The position numbers and the translations under genes were made by a program. Below are positions 51,545 through 64,000 of a DNA stretch of 64,000 bases, one piece after another. The notes beneath the pieces are model-generated. The model searched no databases. It saw only the letters and a program-made list of their open reading frames with translations, and was not told where the DNA came from. Each line of letters opens with the position of its first letter. Position 1 is the first letter of the stretch. The DNA lies in NCBI GenBank assembly GCA_963575745.1, contig CAUYUJ010000200.1:1-64000 (forward strand), given 5' to 3'. This DNA comes from Prorocentrum cordatum (Eukaryota).

Positions 51545-52050
51545 GCTGCTGCAGCTGCTGCTGCTGCTGCTGATGATGATGAGGAGGAGGAGGAGGAGGA
51601 GGAGGAGGGAGGAGGATGGAGAGGAGGAGGAGGTGGAGGAGGGTGAGAAGGATAATGATGAGCGACCTGACCCGAGGTCCGACCCGGGGCGGCGCGGACG
51701 CGCCCGCCCCGGAGCCCGCGCTTTGGGCCCACCCTCGTCTCACCGCCCCGTTCGCGCCTTCGCAGCCCTGGCGGGGCGACCGCCCCCCCTCCCCATAGTC
51801 AGGGCCGGCTGTTTTCGAGTCGCCCGTCCTGCTCCTCCTCCTCCTCCTCCTCTTCCTCCTCCTCCTCCTCCTCCTCCTCCTCCTCCTCCTCTCCTCCTCC
51901 TCCTCCTCCTCCTCTCCTCCTCCTCCTCCTCCGCTCCCTCCTCCTCCTGCTCCTCGTCCTCCTGCTCCCTCCTCCTCCTCCTCCTCCTCCTCCTCCTCCC
52001 GCCTCCTCCTGCTCCCTCCTCTTCCTCCTTCTCCTCCTCCTCCTCCTCGT
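48410..52050. repeat. Long degenerate (GAT)n microsatellite with (GAG)n/(CTC)n tracts
   Basis: GAT/GGT/GCT/GAC triplets at 48410-50780 and 51166-51580. Confidence 0.95.
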
Positions 52051-55000
52051 CTTGCAGAGTGAAGTGTTCCATTCAGGGAGCGGCCTGGGTGTTGCGCATG
52101 AGCGCCGCCTGCACACAACCCTCCACCATTCCTGAGCCACGCGCAACGGAGAGCAGGACAGACAGGGACCCTCTCAGAATCAGGTGGTCCCTCAGAATTT
52201 AAAGCCAAACCCTGCCAGTAGTATGGGTGGGCCGTTGTGTAAGATATCGAAAACATTGAGAATAGTCCAGAAACTCGTCTCATCGACTGCAAGTCAGCCA
52301 GGCCTCTTCGGGCAGGCCAATGCCGGAGGTTGTCACTGCGACGCCTGCCACGGGGTAGCCGCGTCGTCATGGCATCCCAAAGCTCGAAAGCGAACTTGCA
52401 ATCTTCGAAGTGCGCCCGCTGGCTTTTCCAAATTCGCATGATGAACGGGCCCGGGACCGGGTACTCCCCCCGCAGCATCTGAAGGACGTCAAGGCTGATA
52501 GCGTACCGTAATGAGAAACCAGAAAATCCCAACTGTGCACAACGGCACTTTCTACATCGGAGATCCGCCCTAGCACGGCAACAGAATTCGGTCGAGGGCA
52601 TGCTGTTGAACGGCGGGATGGCGTGCTTTGCCTTGTCCAACGAGTTGCCTGTGATTAGCCATCTTTCATAGGGGTGGGCGTGCGAACCGTGTCAGTCGTC
52701 TAACGAAACGTGCACATGGGCATCCAAGAATTTCACGGAAACCGTCCCCTCACCCGCAGAATACGACCCAGGTTCGTCAAAAATGATTTGTTTTTGGTAT
52801 ATTGTATTCACCTGGCGGGCGAGACAGCAGCGACACAAGATGAACGAAACCATCAAGATTTCGTCGACCTAGCGCCCCATGTAGAATGCACGTTGCCTGC
52901 TGTCTGGTAGCCCAAACTTGGCCGAAACGGGTTCCCACGTACATTTGTCGTCGTACAACTGCTCGCACCGGTTGCATACACTTGACAATGCCAGGCGACT
53001 CAAAGGCCCCCCCGATTGGCAGTCCCCTGAGTTGTTCGACGAACATGTCACCGAGCCTGTATACACGCATACGGAGAACTGCTGTGAATGCTCGTTTCGT
53101 TGTGCTGGTGCAGACATACACATGGGAGCGCGAGCGCTGATCAATGGAATTGCTCCACTGGGCCTTGTGCCTGTCCTGTCGAACAACAGCGATACAATGA
53201 GGACTATTTTCACGATCATGGTCTGCATGACGCGCATCAAGGCAAGAGGTAACAACATCGACACCAATGGCCTCGAATGATTGACGAGCGTCAGCCACGT
53301 AGACACCTGGAAACGACATCGAGTCCTCGCACATGTAGCAGCAGCGTCCCTCAGGTGGCTCGGCGGGCAAGTGACGCCGCAGAAGAGCAACCCCACCGTG
53401 CACTTCGTCCAGAGCACTCCGCATATTCCACAGCTCTGATCCGTGCCATACCGAAGTTATGATAAACTGGTGCGTTCTAGCCAAATACGGGAAACTGACC
53501 TTGCTGTGCATCGCAGCAAATCAGACATCCGTTCGCACGCATGAGTGGCCAGGCTGGTGCACATGTGCTGACAAACAGACATCGACATCCACCAGCACTT
53601 CGACTTTACGGTGCTGTATACATACGGTATGTGGCTGAGCTTGAAGATTGTAGCATTGAGCATCGAACACGGGAGAGATGAGTCAAAGAGCTCCCGGTAG
53701 TTCTGCAGCACTTGTTCAGGACAGATCTTCAATATTTGCCACCTCTTTGGTGCTTGTGTGAACTGATAGACCAGACGCACCGCTGCATCACACACAACTT
53801 GGTGCCATAAGGTAGCAGAATACTTGTCTTGCAGCGTGCACGTCCCGCCGCGGTGCTCCATTTCTCGGAACGCAGAAAAAGTCGACAATGCCGCAGCAGA
53901 CACATTGGCCGGATTCTCATCAGCGAACCAGGCACCACTCAAGCACCATTTGCGGAGAGAGCTAGGGACGCCTACCGATTATGCCCAAGGTCTGGAAGAT
54001 TCATGAGAGATCAACTCCGCATCACCAGCTAGCCGGAAGAACGGGCGTTTCGCATACATTAGAATTTGTTGTATATCACCTGCAATTGCCGCCTGCATGT
54101 GCTCGTTTGGCATGTCCACCAAACTTATGAATTTGAATTGCCGCAACTTTCTTCCAACTGTATTCAGCGGCTCTGCCACGTCGGCGTGGGTGCGCCAGAT
54201 GGCCCTCCGACAGGCAGGCAAGTTGGGGTACTGTTGAGCCCAGCAGGCTGCCACGTAACACCGCGCATTCTTCAGTGATGGGACGCTGGGGACCATGAAG
54301 ACTGTGTTTGGGGTTTCGCAATCTTACATGGTCGGACCCATCCCAGATTCGGTCACGTATCCTAGAACGTGCAATGGGCCACGACACGAAAGAAGTCTTG
54401 CACTCTTGTGCAAACAATCGCACGTGCACCCTCGCACCCTGCAGAGTACGTCACAATCTGGGTCTGCGGAAGCTTCTATCAACCATCGAACGAACCCAAC
54501 AACAACAATGCGAATCTATCAACATAGGGCCTGCAAATCCAGGGAGAGCCATGACATCAAAGCAACACTTGTGGAACGACATCTGAAGGAACTTCTGATT
54601 CTCAGTCCGACCTCGTCTTCGTCCTGCCTGGGATGTGTACCGAGATTTCTCGTGAAAGAAGTGCACCTGGCAGTGGATCAGTAATGCTGTTCTTCTCCGT
54701 GAACTTGCCGCGTTCTTTGGGAGGGAGGCCAGACGTGCTTCCAAAGCCCTGCACCGGGTTTCGGTGAGGCCTTGCGTGTGACCTGTTTCGCAATCTTGGC
54801 GAACTCGGTGCGCGCGGTTTTTCTTGGGAAGTCGAATTCGCTTCAGGTTGTGAGTAACGAATGTGGGCACTCTCAGTCGGTACCTCTAAGTCCGACCTCA
54901 CGCTCACGACGGCAAGAAGGGAGAGGAACTTCGAACCAGAGGACTTCATCTTTTGATAGCGTGGCTCGGGCAAGCCATGTACAGACTCACCGCTCTGGAA

Positions 55001-55918
55001 ACACAATTTCGAATGAGATTTCCAATGCTCCACGCATCTGAGGGCGATGCCGGTCATGTGATCGTTTCCAGTGCGTCGAATATTGCGGGCACGGCCGACG
55101 TACCTTCGATTACCAGAGGTCATTTGATATACGCATGATTCGTCGGGCGCGCGCACAAACAGGCCACGCATCTGATCACCTAGCAGAGAGAATCTACTTT
55201 CAACGCTTGCTCCTTATCGATCTTGGCACGGTGCGCTAACCACTTCGTGGTATCATGCTTCAGTCCCGAGCAGTGCTTCCTACCTTTGCCGAAGCTGCGC
55301 TTTCCGCCCAACCACCAGTGTCTGAGTTGAAGGAAACATTGAACGTTGCAAGGCAACACGTTACCATCAGAGCCTGGGCATCGAATGCGCCCCGGGCACG
55401 CTGCCCATGCAGCACCCGCATCCTGCAAGATCTCGCTGATAGCGTTCAGCACGACAGGGTATGTGTGAGGGGCGAGCAAGTGCAGCAACCATATATTGTA
55501 TTAGTCAGGAGTGACATGCTGAACTTCCTCATCAACGTCTGAAGGTATGTATTTCCATGCGCCCCTCCCCGCAGTAAGCCCTTTAAAACCATGAATACAG
55601 CACTGGAGAACATGATGCAGTAGAGCAGGTAATATACTGCGGCGGCGAGTTCCCTGGTCAGCAACCAAAAGTGCAAGGGGACAGCTAGTAGCCAAGAATT
55701 CGGAGCAAGATGAAGAGTGCGATACACAAGTAGCACCGATAGGTCTTTCTGCAGGATTGTGTATGTTGACCTCGCTCCTGGTAGTCTGGGGGAGCGCACA
55801 TAGACTGATGACAAAAAGATCCGTCATAGCACCTCTCTCGCTTGCACAGTGAGATTTCCCATTCAGGGAGCGGCCCGGGTGCTGCGCACGACCGCCGCCT
55901 GAGCGCCGCCTGCACACA
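52051..55918 (-). mobile_element. Decayed Penelope-like retroelement with GIY-YIG endonuclease N-terminal to RT, bounded by direct repeats
   Basis: Direct repeats at 52051-52117 and 55841-55918. CVYQM...RYVGRAR...LRCVEH (ORF 54602-55171). RT motifs VADARQSFEAI, EQLRGLPIGG and R*VDEI (~53300-52855). Confidence 0.75.
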
Positions 55919-55989
55919 GGATTCCTGTGGTCTTTCGACCATCTCTGAGCCAAGCGCTCCTCCTCGTCCTCCCTCCCTCCCTCCCTCCT

Positions 55990-56870
55990 GCACTGCACCC
56001 AGACAAGACCAAGATCTGGACGAACGTCAGCCAGAGAGAGGGGAGAACAATTTCTCATGTCGACATCAACGGCGGACGCATCGAAATATTGTGTTCCGAC
56101 CAGAGCACGAAGTATTTAGGAAGGAAGCTTACTTTCCACGACTTCCACGAGACAGAGCTACGCAATAGGATTGCCGCAGGATGGGGTCGCTTCAACCAAT
56201 TAAGGTACGAGCTGACACACAAGTGTTTCCCACTCCACAGTCGACTGAGGCTGTTCAACGGAACAATCACAGCATCAGTGATGTACGGGTGCTCCTCTTG
56301 GACCCTCACCAGCGACATGCTTCTCACTTTACGGCGTGCACAGCGGAGGATGCTCAGGCTTGTCATCGGGATGCCAAGGCGTCGCAATATACAAAACCAC
56401 ATTCGCGACACTGACACCAACGAAGCGACCATCGCCGACGCAGCAGGCTCCCCCATCCACCACGACAGAGCCGACGACGGAGAAGACGGCGACGGGTTGG
56501 AACCATGGGAAGAATTCATACGAAGATCGACGCACGCAGCCCTAGAGCATGCTCGGCGCGCAGGCGTAGAGGACTGGCCTACGGTATACTACACACGGAA
56601 GTGGCGGTGGGCATCGCGCGTCGCAGCCCACGACTTCGACAGATGGACGCGGCTCTCACTACAATGGACCCCGAACACCCACGACCCACGCCAAACCCTA
56701 CGACGCCACGGAGGACAACGGAAAATATGGGATGCCGAAATCACACAATTCGTACGCACAGTCACTACACACGAGGGAGACGACGACCACAAAGGTGGAT
56801 TCACATTGCGACGGACAAGAAAGCATGGTCGGCGTTGGAGCCGAAATTTCTGGCTTATGTCAATTGTGGG
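55990..56870 (+). mobile_element. 5'-truncated non-LTR (LINE, RTE-like) retrotransposon fragment, RT C-terminal region
   Basis: LHPDKTK, KYLG, ELRNRIAAGWGRF, RLRLFN, MYGCSSWTL, QRRMLR, WRWASRVA, RW...LQWTP in ORF 55927-57003. Confidence 0.88.
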
Positions 56871-57239
56871 GATTGTGTGCGAAACTCCCACTTCACGGTC
56901 TGAGTCTTTCCTCCTCCCTCCTTCCCCCTCGACTGAGGTTCTTTCTCGGCGCTCCGGCGCCACCGCCGGGCTCTCGTTGGGCCGTTCCCGCCGGGACGAT
57001 TGACCGGCGCCTCGCCTGGCTTCGCCTCGCCTCCCTCCCTCCTCTCTCCACTCCCCGCCCCTCTCCCTCATGGGGCCCTTGCCCTGCTCCCGCGCTGCGC
57101 GCGCGGTGTTTCTGTCCTGCCCTTCGCGCGGACTGGCTGCAGTGGTCCTCGCAATATGCGAGCGGTCGGAGCTGGCTCGAAAAGAGGCGACGCGCGGGGG
57201 GCAGAGCGTGGCGGGAGGGAGGAGCAGGGAGGAGTAGTG

Positions 57240-58640
<1,401 letters not shown>

Positions 58641-61529
58641 GGAGGACGAGGTAAAGGGAGAGGCGCTTGAGGATTCGACCCGGACAGTCGAGAGCCGAAC
58701 TGCTTTTCTGGCCTCCTCGCGAGCCAGTGCGGGTGGGCCCGAGGCTCTCGGGCCTGCCCGCGGGAGCGAGGGGTGGAGCGTCGTGCTCCCGAGCCTGGCT
58801 GCCGCCCTCCGCTGGGGAGGCCCCTTCTGCAGTCGGCGCTCCCTCACTCTTCATTAAATATTTGGGATAGCTGCGAAAAATAACACGAGCGACCCAGTAC
58901 TTCAGACACGAAGCGCGAGGCACGAAGCGCGGAAGAGCGAGATCGATTCTTTCCATTGATTTCTGCCTTGCTTTCCTCCCCACTCTTCCCTTTCGCCCTG
59001 CCCCTGCAGGTCGCCAGGGAGGGGGGCAACCCCAGGGAGGACGGTCAAGAGGAGTGTCAGCTTGAATCGGGGGCCATCGCATGAACAGATCGTCGAGGAA
59101 CCCCCGTTTTCGTCGAGGAACTCCCTTCTTCTTCGGGGAGAAGCCCCCCTTTCCGTCGTCGAGGAGCCCCCTCGTTCGGGGAGGAGGGCAGAGGTAGAGG
59201 CGGCCGGCCGAGGGCAAGGGCGGCGGTCCTTGAGCTTCGTGAGCGGAGGGGCGCAGGCGGCGCACGCGCGCCGTCGCCGCTCGCCCGCTCCCTAACCCCC
59301 CTTCCCGAGGCCGTCCTGGGCTGTCTTGGCCGCCTTTGGGGCCTTCCCGGGGCTCCCCTGGGCCGCCCTGGGCCTCTCTGGAAGCCCTGTTGGGCCTCCT
59401 TTGAGTGGGGCCCTCTTTGACGTCACCTCTTGGAGTCCTTCGCCGTCTGGCCCGTTCTGCTGGAGCTGGGGTTAAGTCTAGCGTGCACCTGCCCTCCCGC
59501 CCCTCCCGCAGCGCGCGCACGCCCTTCGCCGCCCCTCCCCTCCTGGCCTCGACTCGACGTGAGAGTGACCTTTCGTCGGAGGGACCTTGGATGCGGGACC
59601 GATCGCCGAACGCGAAGCGGCAGCAGCGGATTGGGCGCCTAGGTTTGGCCACCCGCGTCCCCCGTCAAGCCGCGCACCCGCGTGTAGCCGATCCTCTCCT
59701 CCCCTTGCCCTCCAGTAGTTCAGGGCAGCCCCTGAATTATCATGTTTCGGCGGCGACCGAGGGGGGGGGAAGTGAGAAGGTGAAGGTTTTCTCAGAAGGC
59801 GGCGGGGCTTCTCAGAAGCCCTCGCGCCTCCTGCGACGTTTCCAGTATTTTCGGAGAAGGCTTGGAGAACTGCTCGGACGGCTTGGGGGGACTTCCGATC
59901 TTTTGAGAAGGCACGCCTTTTCTTATTCCGTCCCGCTCGCCGCCAAGTTTATTGTTGCGCTGGCATGGCTTCCCGAACGTGACGGGAATTGGTCGGTCGT
60001 CGGTATGCACCGTTCCGAGCCGTCCCTGCTTGTGGATTTGTTCGCAGATTAGTTTGCAATGCTTGTAGTGTTGATGCTCCTCGCAAGTGTCTGCACATCA
60101 CGTCTAATACTGTGTCATGCTCTCCGTCCGTCACCGTCGGTGTGGACCCTCCAAATCTTACCCCCAGGTGCGAGCCCGTAAGCTAGAGCTTTAGGGTACC
60201 CCACTCCCAAGGGGGCGACCCCCCAGCCGAGGCTGCGGCCGCGAGCAAGGGGTGGGGGGGTCACCTTTCTCGATCGCCTGTGATGCAGGCGCACTGTCTG
60301 AGGTGGAACAAGCGGCAGGAAAGTATCGACGTGGTGATTGCCGTCATCGGCCGTATCAGAGGCCGCCTGCGCTCGAATTCGCACCAGGGCTGGTGCCTCC
60401 GAGCTTGATCTGCTCGAGCTTCTTCTCCAGGTGGGCGATCTTGGCGGTGATCTCGTCGCTGCTGTTCTCGCCCCTCTTGCTGTAGTCCACCCACATGCTG
60501 GCGTCCTTTTGCCGCCACCCGCAGCAGATCCAGGCGCGGGGGTCGTCCTCCTTCCATTCGGGGCGAACGGGCTTGCCGATCTGCATCTTGTTGCAGTTCC
60601 TCTCGCTCGGCACCGTGACCGTCTCGAGGCTCTTCGTGCCGATCTGGCCGTTGCACGTCTGCAGGCCCCTGATAATATCATGGGTACGAGGAGCTGGTCC
60701 TCACTCGTGTGGATGCACTCCTGCTTGGCCATCTGCTCCTTCCTCGTCGGTGCCTCCATCACCTTCGTGCGAGCGAAGCTGACCATGATCATGGCTTTTA
60801 GTTAAGGAGGGTCTTGATCCCCGTCTGGATGCCGCTCTGGACTGCTTTCCACACGTGGCTGGTGGTCAAGATGTTCGCTTCCGCGCAGGCCAGCACGTGC
60901 TCAACGTCGCCAATGGCCGAGTGGGCAGTGCCGTGGCATCTGAAGTATGGAGGGCTCGTCATAGTTTTCCTGGTGTTGCTGATGTTCTCTGAAGCATTCT
61001 GTGCTCCCAAGGCTGTATGTAGCTTGAGCCCGAAGAGCTGGAGTCGGAATGCCATAGGAATACGTTGGAGCGCCTAGTCGATTCTGGAGTCGGAGCTGGT
61101 GCCGAGTCGCGCTCGGAACAGGAGTCGGTACTTCTCCGCAGGGCCCTATGAACCAACTGAGCAAAGCCAGCCCCAGGCCCCTCCCAGTGCACCGAGCTCC
61201 TGGTTGGACAGCATCAGGGCCCTCGTGTCCCAGCTCCAGGACTACGAGGCACACCGCTCGTCAGGTGCGCCCTTGGGGACTCCACGATTGCTGTGGCTGG
61301 CCTGTCTGCTCTTGCGGGCCTGGCACCGCAGTCGAAGGAGAAACACCGACACAACCACGCACTTTCGCAGCTCCGCGCTGATTTCCTGGATCGGCGCTGG
61401 TCCCCCCCTGGCGGCGCCCCTGGCGCCGCCCCCTGGCGTGCTCCACGCGCCAGGGAGGGTTCCAAGCGCAGATCCAGGAAATCCGCGCGGACCTCCGACA
61501 GGGTATAGTTACGCAGTTTCTTGTTCCTC

Positions 61530-62000
61530 TAAGAGGAGGAGGAGGAGGAGGAGGAAGAGGAGGAGGAGGAGGAGGGGGAAGGAGGAGGAGGAGGAGGAGG
61601 GGGAATGAGGAGGAGGAGGAGGAGGAGGAGGAGGATGAGGAGGCGCAGGAGGCGAAGGAGGAGGAGGAGGAGGAGGAAGAGGAAGAGAACACAGAAGAAG
61701 ACGAACACACATAAAACTTATACCAAGAACACGAATGCGAACCGTAATACTAATAGTCATACGGATACTACTAGTAGCAATAATAATGCGAATGCGAATG
61801 GTAATAATGCTAATGCTACTAATCATAGTAATAATGACGCAGAAAAAGAAGCATCGAACTAACAACAATAACAATACTACTGCGGCATAGTAATCACACT
61901 AATAAGGCTAATCGCAAGAAGACGAATAAGAAGGAGAGGCGGCGGCGGCGGCGGAGGAGGAGGAGGAGGAGGAGGAGGAGGAGGAGGAGGAGGGTCCTGC
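61530..62000. repeat. (GAG)n and degenerate (AAT)n microsatellites
   Basis: Direct inspection. Confidence 0.85.
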
Positions 62001-62309
62001 CTCTTCCCACCCCCCTCTGGCCCACCTGTCCCCCCCGCCTGCAGAGGCGAGGAGGGCTTGCCCTCCTCGGAGGCGGCGCCCTCCCGCGGGAGTTCCTGGG
62101 CGCAGCCGGGGGGGTCCTCCTCCTCCTCCTCCTTCCCTCTGCTACCTGCGGTAGTGGTGGTGGACAATCGGCCCACTACCGCCCCCCCCCTCCCCCCCCC
62201 GCGGTGGCCATGGCGCGTGACGCGCTGGCCAAGAGGGACGACACGAAGCGGGACGATGAGGCGCCTCGCGCGTCGCCGCCACACGTCGTCATCGTCGGCG
62301 TCCTTGCTA

Positions 62310-63010
62310 TTACGATGATGCTACTCATGATGCTGATGATGATGCTGCTGCTGATGATGATGATGCTGACGATGACGATGATGCTGATGATGATGCTGAT
62401 GCTGATGCTGATGCTGATGCAGATGATGTTGCTGATGATGCTGATGCTCATGATGCTGATGCTGATGCTCATGATGATGATGCTCATGATGATGATAATT
62501 CTGATGAGGGTGAGTGAGGGTGGTGGTGGTGATGGCGGTGGTTGTGGTGATGGTGGTGGTGGTGATGATGGTGATGATGGTGGTGGTGATGATCGTGATG
62601 ATGATGATGATGCTGCGTGATGGTGATGCTGGTTACGATATGGATGCTGATGATAATGGTGATGATGCTGATGATGGTGATGATGCTGGTGACGATGATC
62701 ATAAGCTTGATGGCGATGATAATGATGATGCTTGATGGTGATGCGGATGCTTGATGGTGATGATGACGATGGTGATGTTGATGATGATGCTGCTGATTAT
62801 GAAGATGATGCTGATGATGATGAGCAGCAGTAGCAGTAGCAGCATCGTCAACATCATCATCAACATCATCATCATCACCATCCTCATTACCATCATCGAA
62901 TCATCATCATCATCACCACCATCAGCATCGCCACCATCATCATAACATCTCCTATTCATCTCCAACATCATCGTCATCATCATCATCACTGTCAACGTCA
63001 GTATCGTCAC

Positions 63011-63041
<31 letters not shown>

Positions 63042-63747
63042 GTCATCACCGTCATCATTTACATTCTCATCGTCAGCGTTATCAATATCGTCACCACGCA
63101 GCAGAATCCCAATGATCATCATCAGCATCCTCATCATCGTCATGATCTTCGTCGTCATCCTCATCATCGTCATGATCTTCGTCATCATCATCATCAGCAT
63201 CATCATCACTGTCGTTTTAGTGCTCGCCGTCTTTGGTTTCTTCATCTTGCTCCTCATCGTCCTCATCCTCCTCGTCCTCATCCGTCTTCCTCCTCGCCAT
63301 CTTCCTCGATCTCCTTCTCGCCTTTCTTTCCTCGCCCGCCCTTCCCCCATCCTCGCCTCTCTCCTCCTCCTCGCCCTCCTCCTCTCTTCCTTCTCCTCAA
63401 TCTCTCTTCCTGACAGACTAATAGAATAATCCTCCCTGTCGCACCACCAGGCATGGCTTTAAAGTGAGTCGTACGTTGTTCGGCACCGTCTTGATTTCGA
63501 AGGTCTGGCGGCTGGTGCCGTCGACCTTTGTGCTGGGTGAAGGAGCTGGAGCAGGAGGAGAAAAGCATGTGGGGGACAAGAGGGGGTAGGGGGGAAGCGA
63601 AGAAAAGGAGAGGCTCCTTCTTCGTCTGGTTCCCTCCTCCCTCCTCCCCCCCTCTGAGGAGGAGGAGGAGGAGCAGGAGCAGGATGAGGAGGGGGAGGCA
63701 TTCCTCCCTCCTACCCCCTGTGATGATGATGCTGATGATGATGATGC

Positions 63748-63787
<40 letters not shown>

Positions 63788-64000
63788 AATGCTGGTGATG
63801 ATGATGAGGATGCAGATGATGATGATGATGACGATGATGATGATGATGCTGATGACGATATGGATGATGGATGATGGATGATGATGGTGATGATGATGAC
63901 GATGACGATGATGATGACGATGATGATGCTGATGATGATGATGGTGATGATGGTGATGATGCTGCTGATGATGATGAGTGATGATGGGTGGTGATGCATA
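62310..64000. repeat. (GAT)n / inverted (CAT)n / (CTC)n / (GAT)n microsatellites
   Basis: Direct inspection; orientation switches near 62825. Confidence 0.9.

Noticed and set aside
53860..53925. CTGATGA...GAAA on the minus strand, a possible hammerhead ribozyme in the PLE
   Set aside because: It lies within the coding region and no convincing stems I-III were found; CTGATGA at 55805 also lacks a paired GAAA.

Overview
This window is eukaryotic, repeat-dominated DNA. It is most likely dinoflagellate; this is an inference from the retroelement families, the GC-rich repeats and spliced-leader-like relics. No intact host gene could be supported. There are three decayed Ty1/copia-type LTR retrotransposons (domain order PR-IN-RT-RH), each with a TGGTAGC primer-binding site. 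Element A (3501-19020, ~15.5 kb) is nested inside the 5' LTR of the older element B (3458-26891). Element C (36315-45371) sits inside an ~89-bp tandem repeat array. Element A is the standout: between its gag zinc knuckle and protease it carries a recognisable Tpt1/KptA (NAD-dependent RNA 2'-phosphotransferase, ADP-ribosyltransferase fold) domain and a RING-H2 finger. It is also studded with ~18 covarying GNRA-tetraloop hairpins. All three copia elements have a C5-cytosine-methyltransferase-like domain between protease and integrase. Further right is a Penelope-like retroelement with GIY-YIG upstream of RT, flanked by direct repeats (52051-55918, minus strand), and a 5'-truncated LINE fragment. 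The remainder is long degenerate (GAT)n/(GAG)n microsatellites and minisatellite-bearing repeats. All domain calls are by eye from motifs, without database searches.
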